Of a stretch of DNA of 64,000 nucleotides, positions 31,898-43,426 are shown piece by piece. Origin of the DNA: an uncultured Nitrospinota bacterium (GTDB lineage: Bacteria; Tectomicrobia; Entotheonellia; J063; CAVPRW01); assembly GCA_963707985.1 (NCBI GenBank), contig CAVPRW010000046.1, positions 109,579-173,578 on the forward strand. The letters are read 5' to 3'. The first letter of the stretch is position 1, and each line of letters starts with the position of its first letter. The position numbers and the translations under genes are program-made. Under the pieces are notes generated by a model, which did not search any database, was not told where the DNA came from, and worked only from the letters and a program-made list of their open reading frames with translations.

Positions 31898-32449
31898 ATG
31901 GACAACACCATCCTGGCGCTGCTCACCATCGCCGCGCAAGTCGGTCTTTGCGCCCTGCTGATCGGCGTGGTAGTCGATCGACAAGGGCCGTTCATACGTG
32001 CGGTGGCCGGCCATAGTATGGCCCTGGCGTGGCTCATCGCCCTGGCCGCCATGGGGTTGAGTTTGTTCTACTCCGAAATTAAGGGGTTCGAGCCCTGCAT
32101 GTTGTGTTGGGTGCAACGTATATTTCTCTACCCCCAGGTCATCATCCTGGGGTTGGCACTCTGGAAACGCGATGATCAGGTCAGTGACTACAGCCTCGGG
32201 CTTTCCCTTCCGGGCGCACTGGTGGCTGCCTACCACTATTACGGACAAATGCTGCAGAGCTCGGCACTGGTCTGCCGCTCGGGAGAAACGATCTCACCTT
32301 GCGCGCAGCGGTTCGTGTTTGAATTCGGCTACGTCACGATTCCCATGATGGCCTTAACCGCATTTCTGGCGCTCACAGTCCTCATGTTGATGCACAAGCG
32401 AATCGGTTCGCCAAAGGCGAGAGATGGCACAGAGGGCCGACGGGGGTAG
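31898..32449 (+). CDS. dsbB: Disulfide bond formation protein DsbB/BdbC family
   Basis: PCMLCWVQRIFLYP, second Cys pair, GYVTIPMMAL. Confidence 0.85.
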   Translation: MDNTILALLTIAAQVGLCALLIGVVVDRQGPFIRAVAGHSMALAWLIALAAMGLSLFYSEIKGFEPCMLCWVQRIFLYPQVIILGLALWKRDDQVSDYSLGLSLPGALVAAYHYYGQMLQSSALVCRSGETISPCAQRFVFEFGYVTIPMMALTAFLALTVLMLMHKRIGSPKARDGTEGRRG

Positions 32450-32699
32450 GGGAGGTGCAGTTGAGGCCTAGCCCGGTTCCGCCCGACTCAGGGCAGAAGG
32501 GCGGACGGAAATGAGCCAGTCAGATATGGGCGCGGGCGCAGTGTCCCACCGCGTGCGGGTGTCACTATTTTTTCTCGGGACTGCAAGGCATCGTCAAGCG
32601 GCGGTGGGTAAAGTTCCTCAACCAGGCCTCATCGGGTGGTTTCGCGTACGCTCGATGGCATCACCATTTGGGTCCATTGCAATTGATAGTCTGGTGGAC

Positions 32700-33042
32700 C
32701 TCCTCGTCCAGATCGCTCTGATCGTTCATCGCATCTCGGTGCGGGGAGAGAAAAAAGTGGTCGATGAGTTGTTGGGTGATCTCCAGAAGGTGCGTATGTG
32801 GTACTCTTTGATTCCGAGCGACTTCCCACAGTGGTCACACTGGGCATGGGCCGCGACAAAGGCAGCGGTTTGCGGTTCCACGAGGTATTGCTGCAGCGCA
32901 GCGCGGGTCTGCTTTGCTTCAAGGAGCGTCAGGCCGAGATGCTCGATAGGCCGGCAAGCCTTTTAGAGGACTGCCACATCGGTGAAGGTTGCTACGTGGT
33001 CATTGTCATCGCACACCACAAGTTGGACTCTGATCTTCGAGG
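32700..33042 (-). mobile_element. ISKra4-family transposase N-terminal remnant
   Basis: KIRVQLVVCDD..VL*KACRPIEHLGLTLLEAK..LQQYLV..CDHCG. Confidence 0.6.
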
Positions 33043-33360
33043 GAGCCGTCCTCCAGTCTGGGTGACACCCGCGAGGTGGCTCATTCTCCTCCAGACGGAG
33101 GGATAACCCCCAGGTTTTTGATGCTCTCAGTGCCCAGTAGCGTGGAGAGAAAAGTGCGTTTATAATGCCTCCGTCGCCGTCGCCGTCGCCGTCGGTGCGG
33201 CGGGCGTCGGACGTGTTTGTCGCCATCCGAAGGGCGTGGGAGCACGCCCTCCCCTCACCTCTCCCGGAGGGAGAGGCACAAGTCCTTCTCAGGTGGGCGA
33301 CGTGGTGCCGAAGGTCTGCCTGAGCATGTACCGCATGAGGCCAGAAGAAGGAGCGAGACG

Positions 33361-33912
33361 ATGCCACGATTGCCGATTCCGTCCGATACAGAGGGGTTTT
33401 CCGAGGAGACGCGCGCCGCCGTGCGCCACATCCTCAAGACGCGCCACAGTATGCCCCCGCCGAGCAGCTACCTCACCTACGCCGGGCAGGCCGGGGCGCT
33501 GCTCTCCGACCTCGTCGACCACCTGCGCTACCACACGTCGCTGACCGCGGCGGAGACGGAGCTGGCGATCTGCACCTCGGCGCGGGCGTCCAACGCCGAC
33601 TACATCTGGCACGGGCACGTCCGGCTGGGCCTGCAGGCCGGCACGCGCGAGGAGGCCCTCCACGCCGTCGACACGCACGGGCCGCTGGACGGCCTGACGG
33701 CGGACGAGGCGCTCATCATTCGCTTCGGGCGTGAGCTGCTGGAGTCACCTCAGGTCAGCGACGACACGTTCAACGCCGTGCGGGCGCGGTACGGCGAGAA
33801 GGGCCTGCTGGAGCTCACGGCCGTGATGAGCGTGTACACGATGAACGCGAACATCCTGCGGGTGATGGACCACCAGGCGGCGGCGGACGCGCGGCATTTG
33901 ACGCCGCGGTAG
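33361..33912 (+). CDS. Carboxymuconolactone decarboxylase/AhpD-like protein
   Basis: ELAICTSAR..YIWHGH, VSDDTFNAV..GEKGLLELT; AAGGAG RBS. Confidence 0.8.
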   Translation: MPRLPIPSDTEGFSEETRAAVRHILKTRHSMPPPSSYLTYAGQAGALLSDLVDHLRYHTSLTAAETELAICTSARASNADYIWHGHVRLGLQAGTREEALHAVDTHGPLDGLTADEALIIRFGRELLESPQVSDDTFNAVRARYGEKGLLELTAVMSVYTMNANILRVMDHQAAADARHLTPR

Positions 33913-34284
33913 GGCCCAAGACGCCCAATTGGTCCAGGACGAGACGACGGAAGTCCTCGCCGCGCCTTGCACGCGGCGCTGTTGGAGGCATCACGCCTCT
34001 CCCAGAGGGCGAGGAACCACGAGAGGTCCCGGCCAAAAGGCAGGGTCGCGTGGTTGCCCTCGTCGCGTGTCGGCTCGATGATCGGCTCAGGCGTTGAGCC
34101 GGCGGTGGTCAGGCCGCGCGTGGCTCCGGCCAGCAGGCTTTCCTGACGATTTGGAGAAATGTTGTACGTCAGGCTGCCTCTCCTTGGTTGAGCGCTAATT
34201 TGTGAGGACGATCAGAAAACGTAGGTGTAGTGAGGATTCGTGGAGTGCGTTTGATTCTGGAGGGGCACGCCACCAATCATTGAG

Positions 34285-34640
34285 GGAAGGCACGGAACCA
34301 ATCGAGCAGGTGCTCGGCGTGGGGATTCAGATAGAGCTGGAGATCACGTACGGTGGTCCCGCCACCGCATGGGCAGGTTGGCAGGATGCCGTGGCCTTTG
34401 CCCAGCCACGGACGATGATAGCACGGCAGCGCACACGTTTCCATGATCACTGGGCCCGATTAAGCTGGGGGAGGCAGCCAGGCCGTCCGGCCATCGCCGC
34501 CGAGTTGCGCGCGCGTGGACAACTCATTGAAGATGTTGATCTGTTGATTGCCGCGATGGCTCTGATCCATGATATGACCCTGGTCGCCCACAATACGCCA
34601 CACTTCATTCGGATTTCAAGCTTGCAGGTTGACACTGGCT
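34285..34640. pseudogene. Mosaic of fragments: ISKra4 (minus), integrase-core transposase and VapC/PIN C-terminus (plus)
   Basis: RDLQLYLNPHAEHLLDWF (minus); QPRT..PGRPAI; DLLIAAMALIHDMTLVAHNTPHF. Confidence 0.55.
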
Positions 34641-34814
34641 CATGTCCTAACTCGCCGATGCTTCCTAGCCATTTGCAAGGCAGCTCATAGGGGGAAGGGC
34701 AAGTTTTTTCACCGGCATATAATTTCGGCCCCCCCTCTCCAACGCGATGGAGAGGGGGGGTGAGGCCTCAAGCCCGCCTGTACAGCGTCACATCCCGGCG
34801 CTTCACCGCCCGTC

Positions 34815-35572
34815 TCAGCGGGCGGCGGTCACGGGTCGATGCGCCCGGAGGAAGTCGCGCACATGGCGCACCGCTTGCGGAATCAGGTCCTTGGGATCCT
34901 TCCAAGGGTAGATGCTCACGTCGGCCTTCGGCGCGAGACGCACGGTTTCCATAGCCACAGCGTACGGGTGCGCCGGGACGTCGTCCGGCAGGACCAGTAT
35001 GGGCGTCTGGCAGGAGCGCACGAAATCGCGCGTCACGGTGAAAACGAAGTCGGCGTTGGAGCGATACATCTGGTTCAGGAAGGCGTCGACCATCTCCATC
35101 GTAATGTCAGGCCGGCGGGCGCAGAGCGCTGGGCCCCAGCCCTTAATGTTGTTTTGGTAGAAGAGGTCAGGCATCTCCGGACGGAATCCGCTGGGCTGGG
35201 CCAGCACGGCCGCGACGATGCGCTCGGGCGCCCGCTGCAACAGGTTCCAGATGAAGGGACCGCCGATGCAGAAGCCCAGCACCAGGAACTCCCCGATGCC
35301 CAGGTGGTCCATCAGGCCGAGGTGGTCGTCGGCGTATGCGTCCCAGGGCCGGTCGATCTCGAGCGGGCCGGACGACTCGCCGCCATTGGCGTTGCGCAAA
35401 TCCGCCGCGATCACGCGGTACTCGCCCTTGAACTCCTCCATCGGATTGAAGGGGTGGTTCGCGAGGCCCGCGACCGTCGAGTTCAGCCCGCCGCCGGGAT
35501 GATCATCAACGGGAAGCCAGAGCCGACCTCCTCGTAGTGGATGCGAACGTCTCCTCGTTCATAAAACGGCAT
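34815..35572 (-). pseudogene. Alpha/beta hydrolase, -1 frameshift in a C-run near 35497
   Basis: MPFYERGDVRIHYEEVGSGFPL..GGGLNS, DLRNANGGES, GFCIGG nucleophile elbow (Cys). Confidence 0.8.
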
Positions 35573-35904
35573 GTCAGTTTCTCCTCACAGGGGTGTGCAC
35601 GAAGGCCGATGTCCGAGGCGATGTCTCAGCGCAAGCATACCACTGCTGTAAGCCAATTGTCCATGGTACGAGCCCTTCGTCTGGTCGTTAGGGCAGCTCG
35701 GAGGGCGTTGATGCAGACCTTACAGAGCCGGCGACGATTCGGTTCCACAGCGTGGCCAAAGCCGATCGATCCCGACCCGCTGGCGATGGCATTATAGCTC
35801 TATCACGCCGAGACCAGCTCGGTGCACAGGGGGCTCCACCTCTCAATGAACACGTCCGACCGCAAGTGGCCCAATTTCCGGCGAATCGTTGCCATACCTC
35901 TTTC

Positions 35905-36120
35905 CCAGTGCCGACCATTTGGCGTCGTGGGCTGGCGTTGCCCCTGGTAATCATGAAAGCGCTGGCAAGCGGGCATCGGGCAAGACCCGCAAGGACAATC
36001 GCACCCTGCGCACGGGCCTGACCCAAATCGCCCACGCCGCCGCCCGGACCAAGGGAACCTAGCTGTCCGCCTTGTACCAACGCTTGGCTACCCGTCGAGG
36101 GAAGAAACGGGCCATCATGT
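35905..36120 (+). mobile_element. IS110-family transposase fragment
   Basis: LASWAGVAPGNHESAGKRASGKTRK..LTQIAHAAAR..YQRLATRRGKKRAI with internal stop. Confidence 0.75.
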
Positions 36121-36287
36121 GTTCTTCTTTGCCGAGAAAAGTTTCTTCTCGGCAATGTCCTCAGGCACCCAGAGTTCTTACTTGAGGCTCCTTATCCGCC
36201 AAATAATCTGGAAAAAGCACCGCTGCTAATTTGGAAAGTTACAACCGGGACACGACCCTCGCGGTCGCTCTTCCGTATGGGCTGTCG

Positions 36288-36761
36288 CTACTTCGCCAAT
36301 TCCGTTTCCACGATGCCGAAGATGGTTGAGTCGAGGAAGAGCTGACCGGTGCGCAGCAACCAACGCTCCAGGTCCCGCTGCGGATCGCTGTAGTATAGAT
36401 CCTTGCCGGCTCGTAACACGTGGACCCTTCCCCGCTGAATACGGACAACGCTGGACTCGGTCGCGTTCGCTCTGCGTACGATGAAGCCGCGATATCCAAG
36501 ATTCGTCGCAAACTCTGCAGGAGACGCAGCTGGCAAAAGAGCAAGCTTCTCCAGAAAGTGGGCGCTGTCTGCATCGGAGAGCGTCCATGCCGGGTTGGGA
36601 TTCCCCGAGAAAATATCCAGTTCTACTTCAATCCTTGGTGCGATGGCTTCGTCTCCCTGGGATGTTGTGGATGTCTGCGGTGTTGGTGAAGACAACAGCA
36701 ATGAAGGGCCGCATGACCATGCGATCAGCGCAAAGATCGGGATCAGCCAGGGCGATCGCAT
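36288..36761 (-). CDS. Putative lipoprotein; stand-alone paralogue of the upstream protein's N-terminal domain
   Basis: Lipobox-like IAWSC; VELDIFSGNPNPAWTLS and LGYRGFIVR shared with 37932 gene. Confidence 0.75.
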   Translation of the reverse strand: MRSPWLIPIFALIAWSCGPSLLLSSPTPQTSTTSQGDEAIAPRIEVELDIFSGNPNPAWTLSDADSAHFLEKLALLPAASPAEFATNLGYRGFIVRRANATESSVVRIQRGRVHVLRAGKDLYYSDPQRDLERWLLRTGQLFLDSTIFGIVETELAK

Positions 36762-36943
36762 CTTAAATTTTCAGTAATAACAATAAGGTACTGCATTGAT
36801 CTACGACCCAAGTGCTGGTTATGAGATCCCCCTCAGGCCACCGATCGACGTAGATTCCGGGGGATCATGATGCGATCCCCCCAGGGTGATCGGCTAAGAT
36901 CGGGCTGTCCCCCGTACTCTGGGTGGCATCAAGCAAAAAAGGG

Positions 36944-37932
36944 TTAGGCCACAAATGCGGTGCTGTTGTTTTGATAGAAGTAGCCACAGAAGTCCGTGTA
37001 GTTGCCACGGCAGATGTTGTTCGGGGCATAGCCTTGCCCGTTCTGCTGATAGATGGCGTGTCCGCAATCGTCCGTGTACTGGGCCGGTGTGCCCCCCGGC
37101 TTGTGACCCCACCACCAGTTTGGCCCACCCGTCACCAGCCTGTAGAAGTGGTAGTCCACGTTGGGCCAAATGACCATGACTATGGTCAGTCCATTCGGCT
37201 GGCACCCATCCTTCCAGCCGTCGGCATACAGGCCTGCGGTGCATCCACCGCACGTAATGGACGTCGCCGGATGGCCGCCGCGCTGGCCCGGACGAGCATA
37301 TCGGATGTCTCTCGGTGATTGCTCGCAAAGCAGTAGCAGTTGTTGCGGCTCACGTGGGCAGGGTCGGTGAAGAAGGCTGCATTGGCAGAAAAGTAGGTGG
37401 AACCGCACGCCCACCAAGTCGCTCCCAGGGCGCTGACCTCACCGGCGGCTGGTCCTCCGCCGGGAGAATGGGGGTCGTCGCCGGTGATGGTTGGGAAGTC
37501 GCCCTCTTCGATGGTGGGGATCGTAAACGAGCCGGGATCAGCTACAGCCGAAGATTCTACGAGGGCCACGCCGCCGGCAACGACTTCACGGAGTTCGTCT
37601 GTGACATGGCTCTACTTGTGTGGCCTCTCAGAAGTCTGGAGAAGTAACTCAGCGGCGGATGCCCTTGACGTTGTTTTGTGCCCAACACGGAACTCGTCCA
37701 GGAGGGGGCTCCCAAGGGACACGGCCTTGCTCCAGACCCCTTCGTCCGTCTTGATCGGGCGGACGATGAAGCCTCGATAGCCAAGGCTAAACTGCTCGTC
37801 CGCAGCATATGCTGGGGACACCTGGGAAGGTTCCGCCGTCAGCCTGTCATACAGTTCCCTTTCTTCCCGCTCAGAAAGAATCCACACCGTATTCGGCATG
37901 CCGGAGAAAATGTCAAGTTCGATTTCGAGCAT
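36944..37932 (-). pseudogene. Putative papain-like Cys peptidase/amidase with N-terminal ELDIFSG domain (two frameshifts)
   Basis: Three overlapping ORFs join: IELDIFSGMPN..LGYRGFIVR; NNCYCFA; DYHFYR..WGHKPG. Confidence 0.6.
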
Positions 37933-38298
37933 GATTATTGTCCTCCGTGAGTTGTGAGAAACGGCTTCGAGCACCGCGTCGACCACATGGGTGCCTCCGC
38001 ATGAGGTTTGTCTCTCGCGCACTCTGAGGCGGTACGTCCTAGAGAAGCCACATTGGCTTAGATTTCACGAATCCTGTCACAGGGCCTTGGAAAGGGATGA
38101 CTCTGTTAGTTAGCTCAAAAACGCCCCGGAAAGCACTCTGGCATCCGATATGGGAAGGCGAGAGAGACCGTGGCTGTTGTGGGGAGCATTGCACTCCTAT
38201 GCTAGTGGAAATTCAACGCCCGATGTCCCTCCTCTATGTCTACAGGAGGCGGCATGAAAGTGCAGCAATACCTGCATGAAGATTAAGTTGTCAATGCC

Positions 38299-38481
38299 TC
38301 AGAAAGCGCTGATCTCTCCCACTATCTCGACCTGAATAGGGATGCCAGCCAACTGGCTGGGAAGTTGCTTTTTCAGCGCCGGCGTGAGCGCCTTGACCAT
38401 GATCAGGAGCGCCGGTTTCCCTGCCTTTTCGCCAATGCCAACGCCCGTTACTCCTGGGATCGCCATTAACTGACTGGTGTG
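38299..38481 (-). pseudogene. Small stand-alone protease-prodomain-like protein (5' end lost)
   Basis: HTSQLMAIPGVTGVGIGEKAGKPALLIMVK..LPSQLAGIPIQVEIVGEISAF* parallels NIVGVGIGEK..AVKVFVK..VPSSVGGVATDVDVTGEI of the upstream protease. Confidence 0.6.
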
Positions 38482-38484
38482 GTT

Positions 38485-39318
38485 GTGGTCCTTCCACTCT
38501 TTTGTGCCATCATGTTCACAGCAGGCGCAACCTCAGGCGCAACGAGGGCTTGGCGCACGCCAGCCGGACGGAGGATGCGTCGATCAACCAGGGTCGGGGA
38601 CGTCTGCGCAATGGCCGCATCGACAAAGTTACATCGCCCACCAAAAACGATAGTGACCCACTGCGTAAGTCTGGCGATAATGTCCTGGGAACAGACGCCG
38701 CCATCCAGTCGCCCTGGCTGCGGGATCCCCATGCCCACCGGCCCATTGTTGACCGTGGCCATCACATGGTTGTTACTCAGGATAAAGAGTTGATTCGCAC
38801 GTCGGACGAGACACCCCAGTGCCCAGCATGCACGATGTCACAACGACCAATAGATACCCCCCCAGGCGCCGGACGATAACGTGCCGTGAACATCTGGGCG
38901 TGAATTTCACCGGTGACGTCGACATCCGTTGCGACCCCCCGACAGAGGAAGGGACCAGGGCCTCTGAGGCGACCTGTGTGGCCCCGAGTTTTTCTTTCAC
39001 GAACACCTTCACCGCCAGTTGACCTATAGGAATGCCATTGACCTCCTTTTCGCCAATCCCTACGCCAACAATATTCCCAAGTCCTGCCGGGCTCTCTTCA
39101 GCGGCGTCGAAAGCTCTCTGCCCAGGGTCAATCAGGAAGCGCTGCTCGAACTCATCCCGTGCCTGCGAGACGGCTCGTAGTTCCTCTTCACGCTCTGTCA
39201 GGCTGCCTAAAGCGGCCAAAGAGACAGCCGCTTCGGCTTGCGGTTCCTGTGTGACATCGAGGTTCTCGAAGCCTTCCTCCAGTCCGCCAGTGACGTCAAA
39301 TTCCTCGTAGTCTGCCAT
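38485..39318 (-). pseudogene. Trypsin-like (Nal1-type) serine protease, frameshifted and truncated before catalytic Ser
   Basis: RPAPGGVSIG, GxLGCLV, ILSNNHV, VDAAIA, KSGRTT; GDSGS motif absent. Confidence 0.75.
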
Positions 39319-40259
39319 AGGACGTTCTCCCTCCAGTGTGACCTATCCTATTCAAACTGCGTCAGAATTCTTTGACACTGCTGCGGAGTGCACTCGACCT
39401 TGTCCGAGCAATCTCAGTTTGGCGAGCAACCAGGAACCCGTTCGCCCTGTATCAGACGGAGCTATGCGGCGCCCCTGCTGGCCGAGGACCAGGTGTTGGC
39501 CTGGTTGATCGCGCGTGGGGGCAGCGTACGTACAGGGGCGTTGAGTCAGGTGACGACGGTCGAGGGCGTGCGGGTCATGGACTGAGGGCCACCTCCTCGC
39601 CTGCAGGCGCCCCGATCACACCCGCGCCTGTGCCCTGGGTATCTACCCCCGCTCTCCGAGAGTGACCTTCTTTCGACAAGCATCTTGACGTCCCAATTGC
39701 CGAACGCATCGACCACGACGACAGCGAAGAAATAGTGATTACCCGGTACGAGCGGCTTGATCTCAACCATGTGATGATTCGTGGTCGGCAACGGTGCGGT
39801 CGGCTTACCATCGGGTTCCTGGAGATGGGGGATCTGTCGACGACGAGTTTCTTCCGGCTGACGCCGATGGTGACGATATTCGTGGGCACGGACGTGACTA
39901 CTGTGTGCGAGGACCAAGTGCCGCCGAACGACAGACCGTGTGGCGCTGGATCTGGACAACGTGCGGGCCGCGGCGGCCGGAGTCGGGGCCGAGCCGGTAC
40001 TGGCCCGGCTGCAACGCGAGTTCTTCGAGGCGTATGGGGTGAGGGGCGCGGGTCTGGGGAGCGACACAGTAAAGACCCTGAAATCAGGGTCTTTACCTCG
40101 GTGAGTCCACGCGCGCGGGGAATGCCTGTCTGTATTGTGGTAGCCTGCGCTGAAGTATCCTCCGTCCCTCGACTGAAAGGAGCCCACCGATGAGGTCGCC
40201 CGAGCCTGCGGGTCCAGAGCAGCTGACACAGTTCGTATGCGATGCCCTCCAGAGTGCCG

Positions 40260-41180
40260 CCGCCGACGTGGCGGCCGATCGCCCAGCCCGCCTCCAGGTC
40301 GCTCCGGAAGTGGATCTCCGCCCAGAGTCGTGACGCTCCGAACTCCTGTGCCCAGCCCAGGTAGCGGTGGGCCTCGCGTGGAAACAGAGGGCCGAGCACG
40401 AGTGCGGGGGCCATGCCGAGGGTCGCCGCGTTCGACCCGTAGGTCGGGAAGTTCGGGGTCGGAAGCACGGTCGTCAGGCTCGGATCGAACTGGGTGGGGC
40501 GCGTCGTCCAGTAGTGGTACTTCGCATCTGGCGACGCAATCTAGGCCTCGTAGTGCGCGACGTAGACCAGCGCGTACGCGCGCGCGGCTCACGGCGCAGT
40601 GCGTTCGAGCCCGGCTTCGGCCAGTTGGCGGCCGACCGCGTCGCTCAACCGGTAGAGCAGGCCTGGCCCCCCGTACTGCCCGAACTGCCAGTAGAGGACC
40701 TTGGCGTTCGTGACCGGCGATCTCGGCGGCGCGCTCCGGGGAGTCCGGGGCCGGGGGTGGGCCCGGCCGGAACTGGCTCGCCGAGGCCAGCCCCAAGGGC
40801 TTCCAGCGCCGCAGCTCATTGACCCCGATAGGCTCCGTTCCCTGCCAGAAGCCAGGACCGACCGGCACCGTCTCCGCGTACGTCATCTCGTCGAGCTTGA
40901 GATACTCAATCACCCGAGTCGCGACAGCCCGGCCGAGTGCGAGCCCGGCACGGGCATCGCTGGGATACACGACCCCGGCCAGCACACGGCTATGCGCGGC
41001 TGCTTCGGCCGCCTCCGCAAAGCGCTGCGTGTCCCTGGGGGAGAGATGGGCGAGTACGGCAGCGCCCGCACCAGCGGCGACCGCATGCTCACCTGGATAG
41101 GACGGGGTGTGGGCCGATGGCAGCACGCTCATGAGCTGAGCATCCGCCGCGCTGAGCCGGCGCCGGTTGTGGGCATACTT
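40260..41180 (-). pseudogene. Degraded vanadium haloperoxidase/PAP2-family protein (two PAP2-like repeats)
   Basis: PSYPGEHAVAAG..SRVLAGVVYPSD; PNFPTYGSN..SRLWAEIHFRSD; multiple frameshifts. Confidence 0.65.
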
Positions 41181-41443
41181 GCTTTTTGCTGTGCGCCATG
41201 TCTCGCGGCGCGGCACGTTCATACGCAGTGTCAGTGGCACTGCACTCTCATGGCGCCTTGATGGAGTGGCATCTGACGTCGGTTACCACACCGAAGCACA
41301 CACATGGCCAGGACCTCCTTGACACCGACGGGGAATTGGTCATACGTACAGAGTTTCGCTCGCTTTCTGTCCTTCGAGTCACTTCGGTGCATAGGTCTGG
41401 ACAGGCACCCCACTTCATGGTGCCGGTGGTGGTATCTGCGGTG

Positions 41444-42525
41444 CTACGGCCTCGCCTCGATCACCAGGTTGAACGGGGCCTCGATGGGCGAAAGCGGCTG
41501 AACCCAGCCCGGGTCGCAATGTCGCGGAGCCGCGCCTCCCCCGCCTGTGCGCCCAGGGCCAGCCCCCGCGGCTGGGACAGGGATGTTGGCACACAGTTCA
41601 GGGTCGAGGCGGCGTAGTATGCCCGCCCCAGGGGCGTGAGGTTATCCGCCAAGCGATCGCCCGCCAGGGGCTCGACGAGTAGCAGCGTCCCGTCTGGTTC
41701 GAGGGCCGCGCGGATGTGCCGGCACGCCGCCTTGGGATCGCCCATATCATGGAGACAGTCCAAGAGGAGGATGAGATCGTAGCGCCCGGGGAATTTGGAC
41801 GCGCCCGCGACCTCGAAGTGCACCGTGTCGGCCAAGCCCGCCGCCCGTGCACGTTCCTGCGCCCGTGTAATCGAGCCGGCGTGGTAGTCGAAGCCCACGA
41901 CCTTGCAGTCAGGGTAGGTCTGGGCGAGCAGGAGCGTCGAGACGCCATGGCCACAGCCCACGTCGGCGATACGCGCCCCGGCCTGGAGCTGCTCTGGCAC
42001 GCCCGTGAGCGCGGGGATCCATGTGGAGGTCAGGTTGGCGGTGTAGGCCGGGAGGTGGAATCGCGCCACCCCCGTGAAGACGTCTGGATCTTGGTGGTCG
42101 TACACCATGCCCTCGCCGGTCTGGAACGCCCCCAAGACGTGCCGTGCCGAATGCGCATAGCCGAAGGCCAACTGGAAGGCTCCAGCCAGGAACAACGGGC
42201 TCAACTCGTCTGCGAGCACCGCCACGTGCTCATCCGGAAGGGCGAAGCGGTCTGTGGCGCCGTCGTAGATGACATATCCTCCGGCGGCCTGCTGAGACAG
42301 CCACTCTCTGACATAGCGCTCCGCGGTCCCCGTCCGTGCGGCCAGTTCCGTCGGAGTGAGTGGCCCGGCGCCGGCCATGGCCTTGTACAGGCCCAGCCGG
42401 TCCCCCAGCACTACCATCGGCAGGCTCATCGCCGCCACAAAGTCCTCAAAGACGCGCTCGACAAAGGGGCGTGTGGATTCCTGTACGGCCTGGCTTGCGC
42501 GTGCGTGGAAATGTGCCTCAGCCAC
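41444..42525 (-). CDS. Class I SAM methyltransferase with N-terminal HTH (Rv2258c-like); C-terminal lesion near 41490
   Basis: LGDRLGLY, ERYVREWL, DVGCGHG, DCLHDMGDP; terminal PFNLVIEARP in shifted frame. Confidence 0.82.
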
Positions 42526-43338
42526 CTTGTCCTTCGCGTCGACGTCGACGTCCTTTGCGTCCTGTGGTCTGCACCACCTCAGGCTGTCCTCTATGGCCGG
42601 TCACCACATAGGCTTCATCGCACTCCACCTCAAGTGACAGCGTCACGGTGGGCTTGCTTTGACGATCCCGTCACGCCGTTGGGTCGTCATCTGCTGCACA
42701 TCACGATCATTCACAGCCAATTCTTCTGCAATGTGCTCATTCGAGCGATTCAGTCCCATGAAATGCAGACATAGCACCCGTACTTTCAGCGGCTAATGAT
42801 GTCCTGCCAAGCGGAACAGCGATGGGTCCATCACAGGGGCACTCGGTGCGTGGTGGGCATCGGCCATCGCCGAGGCAAGAGCCATGCCAGCCTGGCCATT
42901 GGGAACTCACAGGCGGAATCAGCCGCCCTCCGCCATGGGGCTCGGGTTCGGCGGGATGCCGGGTGAGGCAGCGTGGCCTCACGGCCGTTCCGATCTGCCT
43001 CACGAGGGACCGATAAGATGAAGGGGTTGCCTTGAAAATTCGATTTTCATGCCTCGTGGTGTCACGTGGGACATGGAAGTTCTGTCGCTAATTTCCTTTG
43101 CACATGATCTGAGGTATGATCTCTCCTCTCATCCATAGCGAGTTCAGAGCATGGTGCAAACTCTCATGAGGCGTGCAACAGTTATAGGCCCAGAAGGAGG
43201 GTCGCTGCTCAGAGCTCGACTTTTGCCCTTTTGTCAGGCGAAGCTCGCAAGAATATCCCTGCTTGGCTCATGACTTTGCCCGCCCTCTGTGCCGCGGGGG
43301 CCTTCGCACCTCCTCTCGTGTGCATCTGACCGTTATAC

Positions 43339-43406
43339 TTGCCTTTTTTCTGGACCTCGAGTACATTGTAAAGGTATCCTTTCTGTAAATAAAAAAGGAC
43401 ACCTTT
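43339..43406 (+). promoter_or_regulatory. Sigma70 promoter followed by twin palindromic operator boxes
   Basis: TTGCCT-17-TACATT (43339-43367); AAAGG-N3-CCTTT at 43370-43382 and 43394-43406. Confidence 0.7.
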
Positions 43407-43426
43407 TCTTGAGAGGAGCCTCACCG

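Noticed and set aside
39546..41240. 564-aa ORF as a real gene
   Set aside because: It is a chimera of in-frame and off-frame pieces of a degraded PAP2/haloperoxidase and an unrelated fragment.
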